DNA from: Gammaproteobacteria bacterium
GTDB taxonomy: Bacteria > Pseudomonadota > Gammaproteobacteria > UBA4575
Direction: 5' to 3'
Assembly (NCBI GenBank): GCA_965243395.1
Contig: CBDEUS010000002.1
Span: 800,001 to 864,000 of the forward strand
DNA length: 64,000 bases
Below are positions 28,060-36,594 of the stretch, piece after piece; the first letter of the stretch is position 1; each line of letters begins with the position of its first letter. Both the position numbers and the translations under genes were made by a program. The notes under the pieces were generated by a model that ran no database searches, was not told the DNA's origin, and saw only the letters and a list, made by a program, of their open reading frames with translations.

Positions 28060-28653
28060 TTAAGCAAAGACGATCCAAGTCGTAGCAATGTACTTAACTC
28101 CACTTTCCAAAATTACGCCACGATGTTCATGGGTCCAAAATGGTGGAAATAAAATTAACTTTCCAAGTTCCGGTTTAATTTTAATATCTTGAAATAAAAA
28201 TTCTGTTTCACCTCCTGGTCCTTCTACATCATTTAAATACCAAATAGCCACCAGTTGTCTATGGCTAAAATCATGACTACCTCCATCGATATGCCAATGG
28301 TAATGCTCACCCGGATTTGTTCGTTGCACGCCATAGCCCATGTCTTTAAACGGGCCTTTAAAAAAAGGATAGGTTTCGCGAAACTCTAAAATGGTTTTGC
28401 CTAAAGATTGAAATAATGCTTTATCTACGTCTTTCCAATGCTCTTTTCCACTTACAAGAAGATCAGTTGATTTTTTGATACTTTCATCTTTGTCTGCGAG
28501 TTGACCAATTCGTCCTTTATATTGTCCCTTTTTGTCTTTTTCAAAACGTTCAATTATGTCTTGGCAAAATTCATTTGTGAGCGCGTTTCGTTTTTCAAAA
28601 ACAAATGAATAGGGCTTGACCTCTTCTATGGTCTGTAAAGATTTAGTGGACAT
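28060..28653 (-). CDS. Prolyl-4-hydroxylase-like 2OG-Fe(II) oxygenase
   Basis: YHWHID, WYLNDVEGPGGETEF, FPPFWTHEHRG, KYIATTW. Confidence 0.9.
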   Translation of the reverse strand: MSTKSLQTIEEVKPYSFVFEKRNALTNEFCQDIIERFEKDKKGQYKGRIGQLADKDESIKKSTDLLVSGKEHWKDVDKALFQSLGKTILEFRETYPFFKGPFKDMGYGVQRTNPGEHYHWHIDGGSHDFSHRQLVAIWYLNDVEGPGGETEFLFQDIKIKPELGKLILFPPFWTHEHRGVILESGVKYIATTWIVFA

Positions 28654-28656
28654 TTT

Positions 28657-29700
28657 TTATAAGATATTACTTTCTACAAGACGTTCTAATTTTGCAAAAT
28701 CCATATTTTTATCTTTTTTGTACTGTTGTAACAATTTATTTGCCAAGTTGCTCCAATGTTGCACTCCTTTAGCAACAAGTGTTTTCATAGGTTTAATATC
28801 ATTCGTTTCTATCCAAGTCTGATAGGCTTTATGAAAACTTGGGAATAACTCTTTACGCATGGCCACTAAATTAGCTGAATAAAAATGTAGGGAGGCAGGA
28901 TTGTAATTTTCAATTAAACCGGGAAGTGTAGACAAACAATCAGCCAGTAAATCTTTAACTGCTCTTGCCATAAGTTCAGCACGTGAACGTGGTAAGTTTA
29001 CAATCATTTCCCGCCAATCCTCGCCCAGTTCTTTAGTAGCAATTAATTCTCCGATTTCATGCAGAGTGACAGCTTCAAGCTCATTGTCTGTCATTTGATC
29101 GAGTGCATGATCAACATTATTTTCAAAATCGTAATAAGATAAAGCACGTGACATTGCGTTTTCATATTTGTGCCACTGCCATTCGGTAAATTTTTCCCAA
29201 AGATATCTGCGTAACGCTTCGCGTCGAATGAAAACATTTTTACCTTGTGTCATTGCTGGAGGGGCTGTTAAGTCACGTGCACATTCATCTGCAGATACAT
29301 ACATAGTGAAATCGTTATACACTTCTTTTTCTTCTAGCTTGGCTAGAAAAAAATGCGGTGCAGATCGAACACCGATACCACCACTGTACACATAGCCTTT
29401 AGGCGCCAAAACTTTATTGATATTTTCGGTATCGAAAGGATCATATTCTTTGCCATCAATTTTTAAAGGAATATATGATTGATCTTCAATTTCCTCCCAC
29501 AATGTTTCACGCTCTTGTACCCAATTTCCAACATCTTCTTTTGGTAAGACATCATTATATGAATAACCATTCTCCCAACGATAATATTCACGCATCTTAA
29601 GTAGATACACACACAGAGTGTAATTTGCCGCGTGATGAGCATCTGAAATATCACAGTTCTTCTGAACCGTTTCACAAAGTGGATGTGTATCTTTTTGCAT
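28657..29700 (-). CDS. Sfum_1244-like conserved protein
   Basis: VQKNCDISDA...CVYLLKMREYYRWE, YSGG, PHFFLA, ARDLTAPPAM, LHEIGE (recognised from memory). Confidence 0.75.
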   Translation of the reverse strand: MQKDTHPLCETVQKNCDISDAHHAANYTLCVYLLKMREYYRWENGYSYNDVLPKEDVGNWVQERETLWEEIEDQSYIPLKIDGKEYDPFDTENINKVLAPKGYVYSGGIGVRSAPHFFLAKLEEKEVYNDFTMYVSADECARDLTAPPAMTQGKNVFIRREALRRYLWEKFTEWQWHKYENAMSRALSYYDFENNVDHALDQMTDNELEAVTLHEIGELIATKELGEDWREMIVNLPRSRAELMARAVKDLLADCLSTLPGLIENYNPASLHFYSANLVAMRKELFPSFHKAYQTWIETNDIKPMKTLVAKGVQHWSNLANKLLQQYKKDKNMDFAKLERLVESNIL

Positions 29701-29770
29701 AGGCCTATTATAAGGACTCTATGTTAGGATCTTAATACCATGTTTATTAACACTATAAATTGCAGGTTAA

Positions 29771-30385
29771 ATGGCAAGATTAAAGACTAAATGGAATCAA
29801 GCAGATAGAAAGCGTACCCCTGAGGAAGTTGCGAGTGTCATCGGATTCAATGTTTGGGTGTTGGCTGGCGATTCTTGTCTATTTCTTGAAAATGAAGGTT
29901 TTGAAACCGAGACGCAATCTCAGCGACTAGATGTAATAGCTGAGTTTGCCGCCTTTGGTGCACACATTGCTGATCGAATGGTTTTCGACGAGCTTACGGC
30001 TGCGGAACGAGAATTATTTATAAATGCATTAGGACATAATCTTGCAAATACTATGCAAGCTAATCGTGAAGAGCTGTATGGTTCTGGAGAGTATCGAAAA
30101 GTATTTATTAATCTGCTAAATAATCGGATGAATGAGTATAGTGAATATTCATATACACATGAAGATGGTCCGAGTTTTTCCATGCGGCGTTTAGTGGGTA
30201 ATCATGTGCAAGAAGTAATGGGTGAAAAAGATAATAAATGGATTCCTGATTACGTAATCGATTCAGAAATTCCGAAAATATTATTAGGGCTAAAAAGAGT
30301 GTTTAAAGGTCAAAGTGCATCTTTAAGTGACGCTGAATTTGCTCCACCTCCTATACCTGAAAGTGGCGTTTGGGGTGAAGAATAA
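29771..30385 (+). CDS. Conserved hypothetical protein, sulfur-oxidiser associated
   Basis: RLKTKW...EFAAFGAHIADR...FINLLNNRMNEYSEY...WIPDYVIDSE. Confidence 0.7.
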   Translation: MARLKTKWNQADRKRTPEEVASVIGFNVWVLAGDSCLFLENEGFETETQSQRLDVIAEFAAFGAHIADRMVFDELTAAERELFINALGHNLANTMQANREELYGSGEYRKVFINLLNNRMNEYSEYSYTHEDGPSFSMRRLVGNHVQEVMGEKDNKWIPDYVIDSEIPKILLGLKRVFKGQSASLSDAEFAPPPIPESGVWGEE

Positions 30386-30403
30386 ATAAACAAAGGAGTA
30401 AAG

Positions 30404-30655
30404 ATGCTTTTATTAAAACCAAGTTGTGAATGCTGTGATAAAGATCTTCCTCCTGAATCAATGGAAGCACGAATGTGTTCATTCGAATGCACATTTTGTT
30501 CATCGTGTGCGGATTCGGTTCTTAGTGGCAAATGCCCAAATTGTGGTGGTGAATTGGTAAGGAGGCCACGAAGACCGAAATATAAGTTAGTAGAGTTCCC
30601 CGCATCCACAGAACGTGTATTCAAGCCAGATGGATGTAAAAAGATTGCCTCATAA
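30404..30655 (+). CDS. DUF1272 zinc-finger-like protein
   Basis: KPSCECCDKDLPP...CSFECTFCSSC...CPNCGGELVRRP; AGGAG RBS. Confidence 0.9.
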   Translation: MLLLKPSCECCDKDLPPESMEARMCSFECTFCSSCADSVLSGKCPNCGGELVRRPRRPKYKLVEFPASTERVFKPDGCKKIAS

Positions 30656-30757
30656 TTAGGTATAAAGTATTAAAGACTGCTAGCAACCCAAAGTGGTTTT
30701 TCTATTCGTTTACATTTATTAACAAAAGTTTTTACTTTTGTATCATGCTTAGAATTC

Positions 30758-30921
30758 TAAACCGTTCTAACTCTTAACTCTAAACCACACTCCACTGTTT
30801 GTGTGTTTTATTTCGCTTAAATTTTTCTATAAAAAATTTATTTTAGAATTAAGCGTTGTTTATATAAACACGCTCTAACTCTTAACTTTAAACTAAACTC
30901 CAATGTTTATTTCTCTTAAAT
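30758..30921 (+). repeat. Imperfect direct duplication (about 57-65 bp, two copies about 107 bp apart)
   Basis: TAAAC-CGTTCTAACTCTTAACTCTAAACCACACTCCACTGTTT..ATTTCGCTTAAAT (30758-30822) vs TAAACACGCTCTAACTCTTAACTTTAAACTAAACTCCAATGTTTATTTCTCTTAAAT (30865-30921). Confidence 0.8.
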
Positions 30922-31030
30922 AAATATGGACTAAGATCATTTATGGACCTTAATGCAATTTAATCCTTGAACATTTCCGTTAAGTAAAAACTTTATTTAA
31001 GCAATTATTTTTTTATGTTTAAATAAATTT

Positions 31031-31732
31031 ATGCAAAATACATTTATACATCCAGACTATATGTTGTTAGTTAAAAATCTAGCTAACTATTATAAAAATA
31101 AATTTATTAATAATACTGATTATAAAGATCTAGAGCAGTCCGGTTTGGTAGGTTTATTAGAAGCACTACGCTTAGTTGATGAAAATAAGCAAGACAGCTT
31201 TAGGTCTATTGTATATGCGCGTATATGTGAAGAAATGCAAAAAGAACTTCGCAATGGAGATTGGACACCTCCCAGATATACCAAATTGTTTCAAAACATC
31301 ATCGATGCTAGAGAAAATATTGAAAGAACAAAAGGAACTAAAGCAACTGACTTACAGGTTGCAAACGAAATGAAAATATCAATCGAAAAGTACTATAAAC
31401 TGATTAGTGATTATCAAATCTCTCGCATGTTGAGTTTTAAAGAAAATCAAAACCTTCATGCCTCCTCACAATATGATGACTTGTTACAGTTAAATTTCAC
31501 TGCAAGTATCTACTTAAGCCCTGCTGATAAATGTAATTTAGATGATTTACGCGCAAGACTTGCAAAGGAAATAGATAAGTTACCAAAAAAACAAAAGCTG
31601 GTGCTCTCTATGTATTACGATGATGAGCTTAAAATGAAAACAATCGGTAATATCCTTGGCATCAGCGAATCAAGGGTATGTCAAATACATAAAAGTGCAT
31701 TAGATCAATTACGCAAATCATTCGTTAATTAA
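31031..31732 (+). CDS. Divergent FliA/WhiG-like sigma factor
   Basis: DLEQSGLVGLLEA, ELRNGDW, LPKKQKLVLSMYYDDEL...IGNILGISESRVCQIH. Confidence 0.88.
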   Translation: MQNTFIHPDYMLLVKNLANYYKNKFINNTDYKDLEQSGLVGLLEALRLVDENKQDSFRSIVYARICEEMQKELRNGDWTPPRYTKLFQNIIDARENIERTKGTKATDLQVANEMKISIEKYYKLISDYQISRMLSFKENQNLHASSQYDDLLQLNFTASIYLSPADKCNLDDLRARLAKEIDKLPKKQKLVLSMYYDDELKMKTIGNILGISESRVCQIHKSALDQLRKSFVN

Positions 31733-31760
31733 TCGTAAATTGTAGTAACTTTACGCAAGG

Positions 31761-32090
31761 ATGCAGACTATGAAAACTCAAAACGATACCTACAATTACC
31801 CTAAAGAAGTAATTTCAGTTCTCTCTGAGAGGCTCATTAAATGCCGCCAATTTGATAATCGAGATACCACTGTGATGTATCAAGCTAATGATAATGACAC
31901 AATTTATGAAACTCCCACAGATGGAGCAAATACCAAGATATGGAAGGCGCGAACAAATTTATTTAATAAGGCAAAAATAAAAATTAGTCTCAATACAATA
32001 GAGATGTCAGAAGAAGAGTTTCGTAGTTATCTCGATGATAAAAATTTACTCGATTGCACTACGAAAATAACTGGAAGTAATTGCAAGTGA
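31761..32090 (+). CDS. Hypothetical protein
   Basis: 109-aa ORF directly after the sigma gene with AAGGA RBS-like sequence. Confidence 0.5.
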   Translation: MQTMKTQNDTYNYPKEVISVLSERLIKCRQFDNRDTTVMYQANDNDTIYETPTDGANTKIWKARTNLFNKAKIKISLNTIEMSEEEFRSYLDDKNLLDCTTKITGSNCK

Positions 32091-32242
32091 CTTACAGTGT
32101 TCTTATAAGTGAGTGTCCCCAAACCTAAGTATTTATCTTCTAGTCACTTATAAATAATTAACTTTCTTTCCAACAGGTGCGCGTGTTTAGCTTCTGAGTG
32201 TAAATCCCCTAATTTAGTAAATTTATTTTGCGATTATTCTCT

Positions 32243-33112
32243 TTAATGTGTTGTCATAAGTTGCCCATTTAATTTTTGTAGTTTGTAATCCCATTTAAGA
32301 ATTGCTTTCTCGCCATTGGGTACAACACCTGAAGATTCATACATTTCTGGGCTTAGTTTTTTCATATGTTCATGTGCTTTGTAACCATGTTCTGTCATTT
32401 CATAATTTTTAAAGATATTATCGCCTGCAAATAAGATTGAACCGATTACTTCACCAAAAGTAGAACAATCTGCAACAAATCTTGTGACATCTCTTTCCAA
32501 CGGAATAGCGGGTATAAAAAAATTAATGTCTGCGTTGGAACCATCTGCAATTGTGAATTCACGGCTTACATTCCACATGCCGTCTTTATGTTGCACGCTT
32601 ACAATTCCTTCAATATCCACGGCATCTGAATTCTCTTGTGCGACTGTACCAACTAGTTTCCAGTCCCCAACCTCAAATAAATACGTATGTCTACAGACAA
32701 CAAGTTCAGATGCATCTACATTTTGATCTGCAAATAAATGATCTAAAAATTGACGATTTTCTTGCTCGGGTGTGCAGCGTGCTTCCATCATGTCGAGAGT
32801 GCGTTTGACATGTGCGATTTCAGCTAAATATTTACCATATTGTCCGGATTTATTTTTTAATATCTCTTTAATTTCAAAACATGCTTCTGGTTGGTAATTA
32901 AACTGAAGTAATTGTTTGATTTCTGATAGTGAAAATCCAAGACTTTGCGCCTTTTTGATAAACATTATTTGCTTTATGGATTCATCCGTATAGATGCGAT
33001 AACCATTTTGTTTTCGTTCATGAGGTTTAAATAATCCTTGTCGCTCGTAATAACGGAGGGTATCTACATTTACCCCCGTTTTTTCAGCTAATTTACCGAT
33101 TTTAAATTCCAT
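32243..33112 (-). CDS. MerR-family regulator (ZntR/CadR-like) fused to a beta-rich C-terminal domain
   Basis: IGKLAEKTGVNVDTLRYYERQGL...NGYRIY...FIKKAQSLGFSLSEIK; ATG 33112 after GGAG. Confidence 0.9.
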   Translation of the reverse strand: MEFKIGKLAEKTGVNVDTLRYYERQGLFKPHERKQNGYRIYTDESIKQIMFIKKAQSLGFSLSEIKQLLQFNYQPEACFEIKEILKNKSGQYGKYLAEIAHVKRTLDMMEARCTPEQENRQFLDHLFADQNVDASELVVCRHTYLFEVGDWKLVGTVAQENSDAVDIEGIVSVQHKDGMWNVSREFTIADGSNADINFFIPAIPLERDVTRFVADCSTFGEVIGSILFAGDNIFKNYEMTEHGYKAHEHMKKLSPEMYESSGVVPNGEKAILKWDYKLQKLNGQLMTTH

Positions 33113-33136
33113 GCACACTCCAAAAAAATTTTCTGA

Positions 33137-33167
33137 ACTGTAAGTCTAAACCCCACTTCAGAGTCAA
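33137..33167 (-). promoter_or_regulatory. MerR-type promoter (19-bp spacer) driving the merR gene
   Basis: Minus strand TTGACT-CTGAAGTGGGGTTTAGACT-TACAGT. Confidence 0.7.
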
Positions 33168-33565
33168 CTTATTTAAAAATTTATTATTTTATATTTAATA
33201 AAATTGAAAGATGCATTAAGACCATTTTTGGGCTTAAAGAATAGTGTTTGCAGTATTTCATTTATCAAATGAATTTGATTCACTGAAGTGCATTTGTTTC
33301 AAGAATGTGCATTTTTATTTTTTTGCAAAATCATTTTCGATAATCTATATGTATTAGACATTTTCTTTATTACTGCGCCACATCAATTGAATAACTTACA
33401 TTGATAGAGTTTGAATTAGCTAAACCTATTGCTTGGATAATGAATACCTATAAATATTAGAGTGTATCTAATGCGTGATATAAGTTTTATTAAATAGGCT
33501 AATTTCATTGAAAGTGCTAAAGCTTGTTCTTAAGCCCCCAACTGAGCCGTAAATAACATTACCTA

Positions 33566-33596
33566 TTGACTCTGGTCTGAAGTTCAGACTCATACT
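33566..33596 (+). promoter_or_regulatory. MerR-type promoter (19-bp spacer with dyad)
   Basis: TTGACT-CTGGTCTGAAGTTCAGACT-CATACT; internal dyad GTCTGAA-G-TTCAGAC. Confidence 0.8.
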
Positions 33597-33630
33597 CAAC
33601 AATAATTCTGCAACTTGTTTTTATTTTAAA

Positions 33631-33648
33631 TATTCCGATATCGGAATA
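33631..33648. promoter_or_regulatory. Perfect 18-bp palindrome, candidate operator
   Basis: TATTCCGATATCGGAATA between the promoter and the winged-helix gene. Confidence 0.6.
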
Positions 33649-33687
33649 CTTCAGGGGACTCAATCAATAGCACATCTGTGCAAATTA

Positions 33688-34113
33688 TTGATGGCGCAAA
33701 TTACTGTGTTAACGAAGGAACAACTCATTGCGATCGAAAAGTTACGTGGGTGTATTCATGCTGCACAAGAATTTGTTAGTAAAACGTTCAATGCACATCA
33801 TTTAGATATTCTTTTTCTGATTGGCTTAAACGGTGGTATTACCCGCAAAGAAATAAACAAAGCTTTAGCTCCTCAATCATTGACGACCACCAAACGCTAT
33901 GTAGGGGATCTAACACAATATTCTTTCGATCGTGACCGGCAAAGTAAACAACGTTTACCAGGCTTTGACTTGATCCATGAAATAGAAGATGAGTTTGATA
34001 GCAAAACTAAACATTTGTATCTTAATGAACGCGGACAAGAACTGTGCGCAGTGTTAGCGAATCGCGTGTTAAATGAGCCACTTAATATTAATCAAAAAGA
34101 TGAAGAACATTAA
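33688..34113 (+). CDS. MarR-like winged-helix protein
   Basis: LDILFLIG...GITRKEI...PGFDLIHEIEDEFDSKTKHLYLNERG wing motif. Confidence 0.7.
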   Translation: MMAQITVLTKEQLIAIEKLRGCIHAAQEFVSKTFNAHHLDILFLIGLNGGITRKEINKALAPQSLTTTKRYVGDLTQYSFDRDRQSKQRLPGFDLIHEIEDEFDSKTKHLYLNERGQELCAVLANRVLNEPLNINQKDEEH

Positions 34114-34265
34114 GTCGTTAAGTCGTCTATCAATTTAAACATATCTAAAATTAACCAGTAGAAATTTCAGTCTACTAACTGTTTCTGCGTTGTCCTAATA
34201 AGTTACATCCCTGTAATGATGCAATTTCGGTGCTTCCGCCAGCCATGACAGGCGATGTGAATATT

Positions 34266-34967
34266 TTAAATTTCTAATGAAACAAAAGTACCGTGCGCAC
34301 GGTGAAAGCGCAGGGTTACATACTCAAGCCCGTAACGCCATTCCTGATCGATTTGTTGATAGTTAACTACTTTCGCAACAGCAAACAGCTCATTACTTAT
34401 TATTTTCAAAACTTGATTGTTTTCTAATTCAGTCGTCGTGATAAGTTGCATACCATTTAAGGATACGTTTTTAGTTGTGCCCGTATTGGTTTCAGTATGA
34501 GGCCATGCGGTATAAAATTTTACAGGCCATTCTTTATTAATACGTTCGATAGTGCGTTTACCACAAATTTCTACAGTTTGTTTGGTTGCAGGGAATAGTG
34601 GGCTTTCACATTTTGGGCAAACATCGTCTGGGCCAATATTGTTTCCCATATTGTGTAGAGTGCTACAAAAGGGGCATTGTTGTGTGACATCTACATGTTT
34701 GTAATACTTGTTTTTTTTCGTTTGATTTTTTGTTTTAGAAGTTCTTTTTGTCTTAGTGTTTAATGACGCATCATACTCTGCGCGTTTAGCGGGATTCATC
34801 AGCACGTTGTAAGCTTCATTTACAATCGCCGCATTTTCATGGCAGCCGCCTAAATCAGGATGCATTTTAAGTTTTTGCATCATGGTTCGATAACTCGAAC
34901 GTATCACCTCCTGTGGTGCATCGGGTTGAACGTGAAGGATTTGATAATAATTCTTTTGATTACTCAT
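34266..34967 (-). CDS. J-domain + zinc-ribbon + PilZ protein
   Basis: NYYQILHV...MHPD (J domain); CPFC...CPKC; RTIER (RxxxR) and NVSLNG (NxSxxG). Confidence 0.88.
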   Translation of the reverse strand: MSNQKNYYQILHVQPDAPQEVIRSSYRTMMQKLKMHPDLGGCHENAAIVNEAYNVLMNPAKRAEYDASLNTKTKRTSKTKNQTKKNKYYKHVDVTQQCPFCSTLHNMGNNIGPDDVCPKCESPLFPATKQTVEICGKRTIERINKEWPVKFYTAWPHTETNTGTTKNVSLNGMQLITTTELENNQVLKIISNELFAVAKVVNYQQIDQEWRYGLEYVTLRFHRAHGTFVSLEI

Positions 34968-35016
34968 ATCTGTCTATATAGATGTATAAAACAATTACGC
35001 ACAATTGCTTGATTGA

Positions 35017-35043
35017 TTATCGGCTAGAGATCTTCATACTTTA
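35017..35043 (-). promoter_or_regulatory. Consensus sigma-28 promoter
   Basis: Minus strand TAAA-GTATGAAGATCTCTA(15)-GCCGATAA, about 50 nt upstream of the J/PilZ ATG. Confidence 0.85.
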
Positions 35044-35189
35044 ATGAAATATAAAGGATTTATGGACTTCAACATCATTTTTTAATCTCAGAATGAGGGC
35101 GATTATATGTCTGAAATTGAAGATGAACTTAGTAGACTTTGCTAGGTCATAAGAGTAGATTAAAAGCAATAATCAACAGAAATTCTTGC

Positions 35190-35534
35190 ATGAGAACTTT
35201 TATTATTTACATATTTATTCTGATGTTCTCAATTGGCTCACTACAGGCCAGTATGAATTACTGTGTGCATATGGATATGCAAGATAATTCAAGCTCTAGC
35301 ATGTCTGATGAACAAACCCCATGTCATTCAATGGGTGATGAAATCCCAGCAGAAGAAGAAACCGATAATTCATGTTGTGATGGTGGATGTGATACTTGTC
35401 TGAGCACACCTGCTAGTTTTGACTCACAATCCAGTAAATTTGAGCAAGCCTACACTAAAAGTTATGCCCAAAGCGTATCGTTTGCATTTCCTTCTAACCA
35501 TATAAAAATTCCAACTCCTCCCCCGAATAGCTAA
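35190..35534 (+). CDS. CopL/DUF2946-like exported Cys/His/Met-rich leader protein
   Basis: Signal peptide MRTFIIYIFILMFSIGSLQA; PCH, CCDGGCDTC; C-terminal IPTPPPNS; ATG 35190 preferred. Confidence 0.75.
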   Translation: MRTFIIYIFILMFSIGSLQASMNYCVHMDMQDNSSSSMSDEQTPCHSMGDEIPAEEETDNSCCDGGCDTCLSTPASFDSQSSKFEQAYTKSYAQSVSFAFPSNHIKIPTPPPNS

Positions 35535-35596
35535 CTCCTACTAAACCGTTTTCGGTTTAACACGTTTGTTTTTATAAGACGTAAGGAGTTACGTTC

Positions 35597-36235
35597 ATGA
35601 TATTTAGAATTTTTTTGTTGTTGATAATTTCAGCAACTATACAAGTACACGCAAGACCCGTTTCCTATCCGGGCGGATGGACTTTTTCTACGTTCAATGA
35701 CGGGGATCGGTATTCTGTATTTACACATTATTCACCGACAGCCTTTTATTCCGTTGGCTATCATGCTGAATATTGGCGTGCCCAGGATTATCAAATCCAT
35801 GCATTTCATGTAAATAATTTAATCAAACGTTGGAACGCAGAAGCATCACAAGGCAATTTTTATGTGAAATCAGGTGTTGGCTTTGCGCATTCAGATGAAG
35901 GTGAGTTTGATAATCGTACTGAACTAGCCGCATACACCGGGATCGCTGCAGATTGGGAAACACGAGAAGTGTTTGTTGCTTATGAAAATAGAGTTACAGA
36001 TGCGGGGAACATTGCGGATAATTTTCGGCAAAAAGTTAAGTTTGGCTTTGCACCCTATGTTGCAGAGTACGGCAATTGGCACACTTGGCTAATGATGGAA
36101 GTCAGTCATGCGCCAGAGTCCGACGACAAGCTGGTTGCAACCCCATTAGTGCGTCTGTTTAAAGGCGCAAATCTATACGAAGCCGGAATAAGTGATCAAG
36201 GCGATGCGCTGATTAATTTTGTACATCGTTTTTAA
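35597..36235 (+). CDS. Exported protein, probable outer-membrane beta-barrel
   Basis: Signal peptide, ARPVSYPGGW, aromatic-rich beta strands, terminal Phe; AAGGAG RBS. Confidence 0.7.
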   Translation: MIFRIFLLLIISATIQVHARPVSYPGGWTFSTFNDGDRYSVFTHYSPTAFYSVGYHAEYWRAQDYQIHAFHVNNLIKRWNAEASQGNFYVKSGVGFAHSDEGEFDNRTELAAYTGIAADWETREVFVAYENRVTDAGNIADNFRQKVKFGFAPYVAEYGNWHTWLMMEVSHAPESDDKLVATPLVRLFKGANLYEAGISDQGDALINFVHRF

Positions 36236-36249
36236 GTTAGGAGATTTAT

Positions 36250-36594
36250 ATGAAGAAGTTAATTTTAATTTTGCTAATTATGTCTGTTACAACTTTTGAT
36301 GTTTTGGCAACCGATACACCTGAAGTCAAAGTAGGCGAAGTGGATCCTAATGGAGAAGTTGTAAAAGTTAAAGCATTTGGATTGGTTTGTGATTTTTGTG
36401 CAAATGCAATTGAAAAAGTGTTTATGCGCAAAGATGAGGTTTCAGGGATTGATGTTAGTTTGGATAAACATCAGATTTTGATTGCATTAAAAGAAGGTCA
36501 GCAATTAGATGATGATGAAATAACAAAACTGGTAACCGATTCAGGCTACAACGTTAAAGAGATCACAAGATCATATTTAGGAGGGGTTGAATGA
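36250..36594 (+). CDS. Periplasmic heavy-metal-associated (HMA, MerP/CopZ-like) protein
   Basis: Signal peptide; GLVCDFCANAIEK; DSGY. Confidence 0.88.
   Translation: MKKLILILLIMSVTTFDVLATDTPEVKVGEVDPNGEVVKVKAFGLVCDFCANAIEKVFMRKDEVSGIDVSLDKHQILIALKEGQQLDDDEITKLVTDSGYNVKEITRSYLGGVE

Noticed and set aside
30758-30921. Degenerate CRISPR mini-array
   Set aside because: Only two copies, about 60 bp long, non-palindromic; kept only as a direct repeat
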